DNA from: a virus | Length of the DNA: 12,139 nt | Direction: 5' to 3' (one strand) | UHGV virus genome: UHGV-0805720 | In this document: positions 1 through 8,556 of the stretch, one piece after another | Layout: the number at the start of each line of letters is the position of its first letter | How positions within the stretch are numbered: the first letter of the stretch is position 1 | The notes under the pieces: model-generated | Told to the model about the DNA's origin: nothing | The model's database searches: none | What the model saw: only the letters and a program-made list of their open reading frames with translations | Made by a program: the position numbers and the translations under genes

Positions 1-1
1 C

Positions 2-292
2 CTATCCCCTGTGTGCCTTGATAAGTGTATGGCTAAGCCTATCATGAGCTTGTGGGCAGCAGGTTTGAAAACGCTAAACTGCTGCTGCGGTCATAACAAA
101 GATGTTCCAAGCATCATTATCCCAGAAGATGCAGATCCTAAAGCTTATGCCAAAATACTGACCCGATACCCCAGCACCTTCCTGATCGGAAAATGGTGTC
201 ACGATGAACTCCAATGGTGGATAGCCTATGGCAGTATAGGCACCACTTTTGGCTTCCCAGCTTTGTCAGAGCGCTATGTCAAGGTGCCATAA
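2..292 (+). CDS. hypothetical protein, probably 5'-truncated by window edge
   Basis: Reading frame is open from nt 2 to stop TAA 290-292; the ORF track starts it at GTG 11, with in-frame ATGs at 29 and 44. No convincing SD before any of these, so the gene most likely begins upstream of the window. No family recognised. Confidence 0.4.
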   Translation, partial: LSPVCLDKCMAKPIMSLWAAGLKTLNCCCGHNKDVPSIIIPEDADPKAYAKILTRYPSTFLIGKWCHDELQWWIAYGSIGTTFGFPALSERYVKVP

Positions 293-301
293 TAAAATTT
301 A

Positions 302-319
302 AGGCCTCAAACGAGGCCT
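302..319. terminator. GC-rich hairpin (AGGCCTC-AAAC-GAGGCCT), putative terminator or RNA stability element
   Basis: Perfect 7-bp stem with AAAC tetraloop, 10 nt after the stop of the 2..292 ORF. The U-rich tract is on the minus-strand side (TAAATTTTATTAT), not the plus side, so function for the plus transcript is uncertain. Confidence 0.35.
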
Positions 320-396
320 GTGCCTTCATAAATTGCCCCACCCTGTGTGATTACCTTCCTGAATAAAATACCCTCTCAGATCCCTTAAAATTAAGC

Positions 397-425
397 TTGA
401 CACCGACACCGGGTTTGTATATGAT
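397..425 (+). promoter_or_regulatory. sigma70-type promoter, TTGACA-N17-TATGAT
   Basis: -35 TTGACA at 397-402, 17-nt spacer, -10 TATGAT at 420-425; SD GAGGAG at 444-449 and ATG at 456 follow at the expected distance. Confidence 0.55.
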
Positions 426-455
426 TCTCTCACCTACCAAACAGAGGAGACTGTC

Positions 456-863
456 ATGGAGAATCTTGCAAGTGTAAACGTCGAAATTGTTAAACTAAAG
501 TTCTTGAGATTTCGAGACCCTAATTCTTTAACAGCCATACTGATGGATACCCACTTCACGCCAGGGAAAGAGTATACTGCCTTCCGTTATATTCACGGAG
601 ATCACGAATCGGCCTATAGTGTGAATACAAACCTCGGCGAGGGATATTTCATCAAAGATATCACAGATCACTTGTGGGGTATGTGGGAATTGGTGGAAGA
701 AGAGAATAAATCCCTTCCCAAAGAGATTTGGGTGCACACCTTCCACACAGGTAAGTTCGGAGGTACGGAACATAAGTCTATCCACTATGATGAAGAAAGT
801 GCCATCAAACAACAAGCTGTGCTTGGTGGATCTGTAGAAAAATTTGTTAAATGCGAGGACTGA
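456..863 (+). CDS. hypothetical protein (135 aa)
   Basis: ATG 456 preceded by GAGGAG SD with 6-nt spacing; stop TGA 861-863; sits downstream of the consensus-like promoter. No family recognised. Confidence 0.7.
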   Translation: MENLASVNVEIVKLKFLRFRDPNSLTAILMDTHFTPGKEYTAFRYIHGDHESAYSVNTNLGEGYFIKDITDHLWGMWELVEEENKSLPKEIWVHTFHTGKFGGTEHKSIHYDEESAIKQQAVLGGSVEKFVKCED

Positions 864-866
864 GAA

Positions 867-1067
867 ATGGCTGATTTTTGCAAAGATTGTTCTGAAGAGT
901 TGTTTGGCTTTGACTGCAAAGATTTGGAAGGTCTGATCACTGAGGATCAGTGGAAAGAAGGTTATGCAGCACCTGTTATTTGTGAAGGTTGCGGTTACAC
1001 CTATGTGGACCACAAGGGTAAGCGAGTCAAGCCGTCTGAAGATGGGGCATGTTGGGAGTATTACTAA
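867..1067 (+). CDS. small Cys-rich protein (66 aa), putative zinc-ribbon
   Basis: ATG 867 lies 3 nt after the upstream stop, with GAGGA SD 7 nt upstream. Two CxxC pairs (C5/C8 CKDC, C39/C42 CEGC) plus two further Cys. Ends 5 nt before the intrinsic terminator. Confidence 0.65.
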   Translation: MADFCKDCSEELFGFDCKDLEGLITEDQWKEGYAAPVICEGCGYTYVDHKGKRVKPSEDGACWEYY

Positions 1068-1071
1068 CTAT

Positions 1072-1105
1072 AAAAAGAAAGGGGCCAAACGGCCCCTTTT
1101 TTATT
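1072..1105. terminator. bidirectional rho-independent terminator
   Basis: Stem AGGGGCC (1080-1086), loop AAAC, stem GGCCCCT (1091-1097), flanked by an A-run (1072-1080) and a T-run (1097-1102). Lies between the convergent gene ends at 1067 (+) and 1115 (-). Confidence 0.75.
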
Positions 1106-1114
1106 TACTACTTG

Positions 1115-2080
1115 CTAAAGAGAGAAAGTTGCGTAGGCTCCCAGACGATACTGCTGGTCACCAGGGAACATAACACCTATAGAGGCTGTCCCTAGAATCC
1201 TGCCTTCCTTTCCAGACTCCATTCTGAACCCTACCCATCCTGAACTTCTTGCAGCCTCGATGTTGTCGCTATACCCGAAAGTGGCAAGATCGTCAACACC
1301 AGCCCCAAACAGCAACTGAAGCTGACTTCTCGGAAGCCCTATAATTTCAGGAATATATGCACCAAAGTACACCATCTGCCCTACCTTAGGACCGCTGCCG
1401 TACTCCATCGGCTTGCTTGTAGAGAAAGTCTTCATACCAGAAGTCCCTGCCGGATTAGGGTATGCCCCGTTTGTTGCTGTGCCTATCCACATTCTCCACT
1501 GAGGTGCCATCTGTCTGACAGTGAAAGATGTTGAAGACGTTTTGCGGCCTGCATCATCCGTAACTACAAACTTTATAGTGACATTACCAGGGGCTTTAAA
1601 TGTTACCAATCCTGTGGTAGCATCCACTGTTGCAATGTTAGTATTACTACTTTCCCAAGTCTTTCTAACCCCTGGCACATTGGAAGGGGTAATAGAAGGT
1701 TCCTGCATCTGCAGTTTACCGCCCACAATCCCTATGCCGTTACCTGGATTATACAACGCACCAACTTCATCTACAATGTTACCTGCCTTGAGGCTGTACT
1801 TTTTAGAGAAGTTGTAAGTGCCGTTATATGCGTGTGTCCCTGAGAAGGTTACATCTGCCTTGCCGTTGGAGATGCAAACCAAAGCATACTTCCTGTCAGG
1901 CAACTGTGCCCCAGTTTCTGGGTGAGTTTTACCCACCTGGAACACGCTCGGGTCCGTAGAGTCGTGGCTATCACTAACAGAGCTTGGACCACCCATCAAC
2001 TGTGACAAGCAATTCCTTACCCATGTCCAGTTATTGTCACTGGAGAAGTCTACAGTCAAAATCAAACACAACCCACTCAT
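1115..2080 (-). CDS. phage structural protein with bacterial Ig-like (Big_2-type) domain, likely tail fiber/virion decoration protein (321 aa)
   Basis: Long ORF, last gene of the minus-strand block. The segment '...NTNIATVDATTGLVTFKAPGNVTIKFVVTDDAGRKTSSTSFTV' matches the Big_2 pattern from memory. Start uncertain: ATG 2080 (weak GGAAG SD, overlaps upstream gene by 44 nt) or ATG 1996. Confidence 0.65.
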   Translation of the reverse strand: MSGLCLILTVDFSSDNNWTWVRNCLSQLMGGPSSVSDSHDSTDPSVFQVGKTHPETGAQLPDRKYALVCISNGKADVTFSGTHAYNGTYNFSKKYSLKAGNIVDEVGALYNPGNGIGIVGGKLQMQEPSITPSNVPGVRKTWESSNTNIATVDATTGLVTFKAPGNVTIKFVVTDDAGRKTSSTSFTVRQMAPQWRMWIGTATNGAYPNPAGTSGMKTFSTSKPMEYGSGPKVGQMVYFGAYIPEIIGLPRSQLQLLFGAGVDDLATFGYSDNIEAARSSGWVGFRMESGKEGRILGTASIGVMFPGDQQYRLGAYATFSL

Positions 2081-3554
2081 TTGGCTTCCACACAGGTGTT
2101 GTGATCAACTTACCAACACCTCCACCCTGAAGGGTAGGAGATTGTTCAGTGATCAGGGCAGAGTATGCCAGAGTTCCCAACTGCATAGTCTGGCTTGCTG
2201 TCCTCACTACCTTAGAATCAGCATCTGTGAAGTTGTTGATGATCTGGAATGTGCCGTAAGTGTTTTTACAGGTAATTCTGGCATTCAGTGTATCAATCTT
2301 TCTCACATCTGCCATGGCAGTGTTAGACACAGAGAAGTCAGAAGCTTTAGCTGAGTTTGCTGCAACAGCCGGATCAACGTTGAGGGTTGCGTTGAACTGG
2401 CAGGCAGGAGTAACTAGTAGCTTGTTATCACCTATTTGCTTCCATGAAACACTTTGAACAGGGAGATTCCATTTAATACCTGAGAAAACTTTAGCAACCC
2501 TTGGTCCCAGAGCTCCAGTCCTGGTGTCTTTACAGCACATGGACATGGTAATCGTTGACGGAGTAGCCTGACCAAACAGTTGCTGTGCTTTTGCAGAGGA
2601 CATAGTGTAGAAATTGTCCTTAACAAACTCATCAGCAGCCAAAGATCCATCAGCTCTCCACCACTGAACCTGATACCCTGTTTTGTCCCAACCACCGACC
2701 TGCTTCAAGTCCTCCCAAGAGATTTCCAGATCCCCAGTGGTAGGATTGATTGCAGCAGTTCCAGGTGTTCCAGAGGACCATAATGGGATATCGAACCACG
2801 CTGGTTTAACAGATTGTACTGCGTTCGGTCCTATTGCAGCAGCAAGTTGCTGCCCCATTAACACACGAGCATCTTTTACCAAGCCCCATTCAATCATGGA
2901 CCCGGAGTAGCCTTCTTTCTTATAGGCCGAAGATCCGTTCAAATGGATAAGCCTGCTGCAGTCGAAACCATACGCCCCGCCACCGTTAGGATCTGCAAAG
3001 TTAGTTATGATTCTATCCCTTATATTTTTCCATGCCCTGCCTCCAATCTCATAATCATGGTCATAACATCTCTGCAGCGTTGTCCAGCAAATGATTGCCA
3101 TTCTTCTGCCACCAGTAAACCCGAAAGCGCCGTCATTCAACTCTTTCCACAGATAGCAGTTAGTTGCCCACATAGCTCTGTGGATATTGAACCAGTTTAT
3201 AGACTTAGCAGAATTGTCCCACTGAGTTCCCGGTAATTCAGGCCACACAGCATTCACCAGCATATCCTCTGTGCCAGCATCGACCAAGAAGCCTCTTACC
3301 TTCCTACCCATCCCTTCTCTGTCTTTAGCAATCCAATTGCCAAACAGCCTCAGTTTTGGACCATAAACAACATCTTCAGGGTGCTCAAAAGAGACATACT
3401 TCAAGTATACCGTAGGATCACCGTAGGTGCCATCACAAACACTTTTATGCATGTTCTCACCCAGGTCTAGACGAAGTCCTGTCACCACTTTAGATGTGTC
3501 GGTGAATTTGTCTGTTAAATCAAATTCATACCACCACCATCCGCCACCAAGCAT
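2037..3554 (-). CDS. large Trp-rich hypothetical protein, possibly a carbohydrate-active or receptor-binding accessory protein (505-546 aa)
   Basis: Frame is open from a TTG at 3677 (116-nt overlap with the upstream gene). The first ATG is at 3554, only 7 nt after the upstream stop at 3562-3564, which suggests termination-reinitiation coupling. Contains GGGWWWYEF and many W/Y/G. Function not recognised. Confidence 0.6.
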   Translation of the reverse strand: MLGGGWWWYEFDLTDKFTDTSKVVTGLRLDLGENMHKSVCDGTYGDPTVYLKYVSFEHPEDVVYGPKLRLFGNWIAKDREGMGRKVRGFLVDAGTEDMLVNAVWPELPGTQWDNSAKSINWFNIHRAMWATNCYLWKELNDGAFGFTGGRRMAIICWTTLQRCYDHDYEIGGRAWKNIRDRIITNFADPNGGGAYGFDCSRLIHLNGSSAYKKEGYSGSMIEWGLVKDARVLMGQQLAAAIGPNAVQSVKPAWFDIPLWSSGTPGTAAINPTTGDLEISWEDLKQVGGWDKTGYQVQWWRADGSLAADEFVKDNFYTMSSAKAQQLFGQATPSTITMSMCCKDTRTGALGPRVAKVFSGIKWNLPVQSVSWKQIGDNKLLVTPACQFNATLNVDPAVAANSAKASDFSVSNTAMADVRKIDTLNARITCKNTYGTFQIINNFTDADSKVVRTASQTMQLGTLAYSALITEQSPTLQGGGVGKLITTPVWKPNEWVVFDFDCRLLQ

Positions 3555-3561
3555 AAATTTC

Positions 3562-6500
3562 TTAGCACCGCGCAGTGTCTGTATCTGATATTCTCTTATC
3601 CCCTGCAAAAGGTGAATCAGCAAACTGATAGTGCAGAGCAGTCTCAAATAGATGTGTTGAGGTTCCGTTTTCTGCAAGAACTTGCTTACCTATTAAGTCA
3701 CACTTAATGATCATCACAACACGCTTGTAGCCGTTTGTTATCGGAACCTGCATAGATATGGATGTTCCGTCCATGTTCGATCTTAGTGCGGTCATGATGA
3801 TGTAAGGATCAACAGCATTACCCAAAGTTTCAGGTCCTGGAATTATCTTGTACTTCTTGACCTGCCCCATGAATCTGTCGCTGGCGTAAGTTGCAGCCTC
3901 GAAGCAAGATCCACCACCAGGTAGTTCCCCCGGACCCCAGAAAAATGCGCCATAACAGTTATAAAACCACTTGTTAGGGTCATATTTATTCTTGAAGGTC
4001 TGAACCTCGTTGGCCTGTTTTGTCAAGAAAACCTGCGTATCTGTGAAGATTGCAGGGTTTACTCTCGCCTGTCTTGGAGGGTAACCTGTTGATTGGTTAA
4101 ACCACTGATTGCAAGAGATATCCCTCATGTAGTCATAATCAGAGTATTTGTTTACATCTTCGTTCCAACACATGTTCAGGTTGGTACCGCCCATGCATAC
4201 AATATATTCTGCGACATACTTATCACTTCTGGTAGGAATACCTATGAACCATCTGTTAACAGGCTCATCCCAAGCTGTGCGCTCATCTTTAACGCAGATA
4301 GCAATCCAGTCATGTGTTCCTGTTTTCTTGCACACATCTCGCTTCATACCATAGTAGAACTCTTTAGTATTCGGCTCAGGTGCATTTATCAGGTAACTCC
4401 ATGCCTGATTTGCATAAGTCCCATTGGTGCGCGGATCATGATCAAAGGCATACATGATGATCCTTTCCCCACCAAGATGTTCGCCAAGAGTAACTTTGAC
4501 ATTCACATCGCCGTAACCGTTGCGAACAACATCCATATTGTCAATAGAGATGCCTCTAGGAGTGTAGGCAATTTTCAGTGAGTTATCCTCACTAGTGCCA
4601 CCAAGAGTGATCCCTATGTTGTTTGTTGTCCCGTCGGCATATCTTACTGTAGCTTCCCAGCGTATTCCGAAATATCCTACATCATGGCTGACAATTTTCA
4701 GTGTACGAGCGCCAGGGTGAGGTTTTCCAGGATCAGGCCAAGGGTCTGGGTGTTCGTGGACAGTTAACGACGTTCCGTTCTGCTCGTTAACCTGCAACAT
4801 TTTACCACCTCTGCCGTTAGGGTTGAACTCCCATACGGCCTGTGTCTGCACCAAGTTGTTGTAGGTATTTCTTCTCTGATCATAAATCTCTTGGGTAACA
4901 TCATAAGTGACTGATCCAGCATCCATTCTGTGAAGTCGGACCATGTACGATGTATCCCCTTCTACTGCAGGCTGAGTCCCATTCAGTCCGAAGTATACAG
5001 TATCGTTAACATGGAACTGCTTGTTTCTACCAACGGTATGCCACTTGCCGTTGGACGGATACGCAGGAACTATGGTGTTCCAGTTCAAAGTCCTTGTCGT
5101 GTGAGTTCTGCCTGTGCCATGCTTGTCATGATAGGTTATTTTTACAGAGTACAGGCCACGTCTGTTAACATTCCTGTTATACTGGGTAACAATAACTTCA
5201 TTGGCCCCACCGTGGTTCCAGTTGGTAGAGAATTGGTAATTTGCATCTGTAACAACCGTGCCTGCAGCATTTACCAGTTCAATCTTGTCAATAATGAACG
5301 TAGCCCCCTCTGGCTGAGGCTTCAATTTCATCTTGACCGTGTCACCAATGTAAATATTGCTAACGCTGCTAACACCGTTAACGTCGAAAATATCATCAAC
5401 ACCCCAACTGTCTACCGGGACATTTTTATACCAATTCTCAGGAACCTCTGTGAACCCCTGACTATTAAGTCTGCCGCCAAACAGGTTGTTAGATCCTGCA
5501 AAACTTCCCCTTGGAATTCCTGACCACCAAAGTTTACCATTAACAACAGTAAATGTTCCTAAGAAACCTTCCCTGTGGATTCCTTGGAAATAAACACTCT
5601 CTGTCCAGCTAACTGGCAGGCGTTGCTCAACATATTTAGCTGTAGCAAGAGCTTGATAGTGGATAAAATCGGCCCTAGGACTATTGTTTGCAGATTGTGC
5701 ACCAATATCATTACATAAGTTGCGAGAGAACCCACGATACTGCTTAGTGCCATTATTGAAGAAAATGCCGCTTGTGCCGTACCCACGAGCCATTATTACC
5801 TCATGGGTGTAGGTGATATTCAGTTCCCGCCATGTATCATCTCCCCAAATGTTTTGACCATAGAATACGTTAACAAGCTGCTGGTCATCGGGTCTATGCA
5901 TCCTCTGTGTAGCAATTATTGCCCCGTTAGGACCACACATAAACCCTTTCCACTCCTCGTCTGCAGGAATGCCTCTCAAATCGTTACGGGTGATCTGTAC
6001 AGGAGGCCAAACAAGGTCATTTCTACTGTTGTTTCTCAGAAAGTCGTATCCAGCAATCCAGAAACCTCTAGGACCACCGAAGATAACAGAGTTGTCATGC
6101 ACCTCGCAATTAATGCTTTGGTTTTTCCAAGGACCTGTTTCAGGATTCTCAGATGTCTCACCAATTTTTACAGGGGTTGCATGTTGATTTTTATCCACAT
6201 GTAAAGATCCATAGGTGTTGTTACCAGACCCATACAGGTGTAAAATACCGTTACCTTCAGCCTCTGCAATAACCCAGACAGTGTTGTTAATGCCGCCCAT
6301 CACCTCAACAAGGCGCTCTGGGTGGGTGTCAAGGTGCAATCCTTTAACGATTTGTTCTGGAAGAGGTGTCCACTCCCTTACACAAACATCATTACCGCCT
6401 GCAGCATCAGACCCAATAAGCCCTGCAGTACAGCCGATGTAGAAAAACTGATTATCAAAAGTTCGGATCACAAACGCACGGTCTGCTCTCCACACATGAT

Positions 6501-6753
6501 CGACGTTCCAGGCAGCCTCATTAGGGTAGTTTATCGTGTCAAGATCCCCAGTCCTACACTCCCCGAACCTGTTGTACCCTGTGATATTAAGCTGACCATT
6601 GTCAAAAAGTATAGCTAAGCTATTTACATAGGCTACTGTAGTGCTTGTACCGTCACTGTTGTCTATTGGGTATGACAGAACAGCAAGTTCCTTAACTCCA
6701 CCCCTCTTATCGAGGAAATGACGACCAAGTTTTAGCAAAGGGATTGGAAGCAT
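3562..6753 (-). CDS. very large phage structural/host-interaction protein (1063 aa), function unknown
   Basis: Uninterrupted 3.2-kb ORF; ATG 6753 with GGAGA SD 5 nt upstream. N-terminal region has glycine-rich repeats (e.g. 'YGSGNNTYGSLHVD') faintly reminiscent of beta-propeller repeats; not verified. Confidence 0.8.
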   Translation of the reverse strand: MLPIPLLKLGRHFLDKRGGVKELAVLSYPIDNSDGTSTTVAYVNSLAILFDNGQLNITGYNRFGECRTGDLDTINYPNEAAWNVDHVWRADRAFVIRTFDNQFFYIGCTAGLIGSDAAGGNDVCVREWTPLPEQIVKGLHLDTHPERLVEVMGGINNTVWVIAEAEGNGILHLYGSGNNTYGSLHVDKNQHATPVKIGETSENPETGPWKNQSINCEVHDNSVIFGGPRGFWIAGYDFLRNNSRNDLVWPPVQITRNDLRGIPADEEWKGFMCGPNGAIIATQRMHRPDDQQLVNVFYGQNIWGDDTWRELNITYTHEVIMARGYGTSGIFFNNGTKQYRGFSRNLCNDIGAQSANNSPRADFIHYQALATAKYVEQRLPVSWTESVYFQGIHREGFLGTFTVVNGKLWWSGIPRGSFAGSNNLFGGRLNSQGFTEVPENWYKNVPVDSWGVDDIFDVNGVSSVSNIYIGDTVKMKLKPQPEGATFIIDKIELVNAAGTVVTDANYQFSTNWNHGGANEVIVTQYNRNVNRRGLYSVKITYHDKHGTGRTHTTRTLNWNTIVPAYPSNGKWHTVGRNKQFHVNDTVYFGLNGTQPAVEGDTSYMVRLHRMDAGSVTYDVTQEIYDQRRNTYNNLVQTQAVWEFNPNGRGGKMLQVNEQNGTSLTVHEHPDPWPDPGKPHPGARTLKIVSHDVGYFGIRWEATVRYADGTTNNIGITLGGTSEDNSLKIAYTPRGISIDNMDVVRNGYGDVNVKVTLGEHLGGERIIMYAFDHDPRTNGTYANQAWSYLINAPEPNTKEFYYGMKRDVCKKTGTHDWIAICVKDERTAWDEPVNRWFIGIPTRSDKYVAEYIVCMGGTNLNMCWNEDVNKYSDYDYMRDISCNQWFNQSTGYPPRQARVNPAIFTDTQVFLTKQANEVQTFKNKYDPNKWFYNCYGAFFWGPGELPGGGSCFEAATYASDRFMGQVKKYKIIPGPETLGNAVDPYIIMTALRSNMDGTSISMQVPITNGYKRVVMIIKCDLIGKQVLAENGTSTHLFETALHYQFADSPFAGDKRISDTDTARC

Positions 6754-6762
6754 TGTGTTCTC

Positions 6763-6793
6763 CAGATAAGAAAACCGCCCCGTCAGGAGCGGT
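6763..6793 (-). terminator. intrinsic terminator/attenuator between the 581-aa and 1063-aa genes
   Basis: On the minus strand: CCGCTCC-TGAC-GGGGCGG hairpin (6/7 bp paired) followed by TTTTCTTATCT, directly after stop TAA 6802-6804. No room for a separate promoter before the 1063-aa gene start. Confidence 0.5.
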
Positions 6794-6801
6794 CAGATAT
6801 A

Positions 6802-8547
6802 TTAACGTTGTGCAATAACCACATCCACAATATCACCAACACCACAATATGTCAATTGTAGCAAGGTGACGCTGTTGGCCTTGTTGTTAATAACAGGCGT
6901 TGCCGACAAGATGGCATACTTATCGTGTAAAGTCACGTTGTGACCTACAGCATCCTGAATGACATAGATGATTGCAGTGAACGGGTATGGTTTATCTTCA
7001 GCCGATGTTCCAGGCCACTGACCTATTGTAAAGTCACCTTTTGCGTGGACAACATACATATTGGCCTGCCCGTTAGGTGTCCATGTCCCACTGGATGCAT
7101 CAACCTCTTCTAAGTCAAAGTCTACTTTTCCTGCGTGGAAAGCAGGGGCAGTGATAGTTTTACCAGCCTCAATTCCTTGAGAGGTGGTTATCTTACCACT
7201 AGAGTTGATACCATTACAGACAAAGTTAACATTAGAGAAGTCTGGCAACCACCCGGTGACAGCACCTGATATTTCAAGGTTGTGGAGGTAGGTAGTTCCA
7301 GTCCCTGCTGCGTTCAAACTCACATCCCCATTAACTTGCAAGTTTCTGCTAACGTTGCAGTTTTCAGCGTTTGCAGTTGTTGCCGTTAAAGTGGTGGCAG
7401 TCAGGGAGGTAATTGCACCCTTATTGGCTGTAATCCCTTCTCCTTCAAAAGTGGCACGCTCGTTCACATTCAGAGTGTTTAAGGACAGGTTCTGCACAGA
7501 GGCTGTACCACGAATAACTATTGCCCCGCCAACCTCTAAATCTCCATTGATCAGTGCATCCCCTGTGCTTTCGATGTAGCTAGGGTAAATCATGGTGCCA
7601 TCAACAGAGTAGGTTATCCCTGTAACAGTGCCTGTCACTTCCAGGTTTTTAACCCTGGTGATACCATCAACCTGCAGTGTTGGTTCGGTCGCCGCCTTCA
7701 TGGCATTACCACGGATATACACATAGTCAAAGAAGTTGTTTCCAAGACCATTAAAATGCACATCATTGTTGTTTGCCACAGGTTTTCCAGATGTTATAGT
7801 GTCAGCTATAACCCTGTGCGTTGACACTTCGTGAGGCTGCAGTTCTGTGCTTTTCCAGTCCGTATGCTTAGGATCGCTCCAAGCGAAGGTAAGTGTAGAA
7901 GTATTTGCCGTGAGGATTAGGTTTCTGAAGCGTGCCGTAGAGTCTGCTCCGTTGACAGGCCCTTGTAGGGTAAGAGTCCCTCCAACTATGGTATTGGCAA
8001 GCTCTGAAAGACCTTTTACCACCAAAGAACCTACGGTAACTTTCATCCCCTCCATAGCTTCAAATATACTATCCACATAGTCAACAACAAACTCCGTGTT
8101 TGCTATAGACTCTGACTTATCATCCATTGGAGGTGTCGGTACTCGCGGATCACCTTCAAACCTCGGGCTGTTAAGCTTTGCATAGTACTTTGCCATTACT
8201 GCAGAGTCGGTATACAATCTCCAGTTTGCAGATTGTGAAGGGTCTGCTGGCATTCTAACCGGATTAGCTTTTGATGCCGCAGGCGCGTACCACCACTGAG
8301 GACCAGTGTCACCTTTAAACTCATAAAGTTGGTTAAAAACTGTTGTGGATGCCCCGTACGCCCAAGGAATTGGTGGCGTTTTAAAATAAAGGGTGTCAAG
8401 CATGGCTTTCCGTACCGTAGGGATGGTGGTGCCATCCTCTACGACAACTTCATCCACAGCGTTACCGTTGACAATCAAGTGCAGGCGTTCAGAATCCACA
8501 ATTACTTGATCTACCGCCTGCTCGAAGCTTGTCATGTCTTGCGCCAT
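6802..8547 (-). CDS. tail fiber/tailspike-like receptor-binding protein (581 aa)
   Basis: ATG 8547 with AAGGAGA SD. Central region is rich in short beta-strand repeats with T/N/G/V (e.g. 'TSLTATTLTATTANAENCNVSRNLQVNGDVSLNAAGTG'), typical of fibrous or beta-helical phage adhesins. Sits immediately after the tail fiber genes. Confidence 0.75.
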   Translation of the reverse strand: MAQDMTSFEQAVDQVIVDSERLHLIVNGNAVDEVVVEDGTTIPTVRKAMLDTLYFKTPPIPWAYGASTTVFNQLYEFKGDTGPQWWYAPAASKANPVRMPADPSQSANWRLYTDSAVMAKYYAKLNSPRFEGDPRVPTPPMDDKSESIANTEFVVDYVDSIFEAMEGMKVTVGSLVVKGLSELANTIVGGTLTLQGPVNGADSTARFRNLILTANTSTLTFAWSDPKHTDWKSTELQPHEVSTHRVIADTITSGKPVANNNDVHFNGLGNNFFDYVYIRGNAMKAATEPTLQVDGITRVKNLEVTGTVTGITYSVDGTMIYPSYIESTGDALINGDLEVGGAIVIRGTASVQNLSLNTLNVNERATFEGEGITANKGAITSLTATTLTATTANAENCNVSRNLQVNGDVSLNAAGTGTTYLHNLEISGAVTGWLPDFSNVNFVCNGINSSGKITTSQGIEAGKTITAPAFHAGKVDFDLEEVDASSGTWTPNGQANMYVVHAKGDFTIGQWPGTSAEDKPYPFTAIIYVIQDAVGHNVTLHDKYAILSATPVINNKANSVTLLQLTYCGVGDIVDVVIAQR

Positions 8548-8556
8548 GATTTCTCC

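Noticed and set aside
528-1013. 161-aa minus-strand ORF
   Set aside because: Lies entirely antisense to the two plus-strand genes, which have a promoter, SDs and a terminator; no SD of its own; likely a shadow ORF.
3562-3677. Annotating the 546-aa gene from the TTG at 3677
   Set aside because: It would require a 116-nt out-of-frame overlap with the 1063-aa gene and has no SD; the ATG at 3554, 7 nt after the upstream stop, is the more conventional start, but this remains unverified.
4093-6618. Several plus-strand ORFs of 68-197 aa (4093..4581, 4148..4354, 4930..5523, 5803..6204, 5969..6187, 6215..6442, 6322..6618)
   Set aside because: All are nested antisense within the uninterrupted 1063-aa minus-strand gene; none has a start context; typical shadow ORFs.
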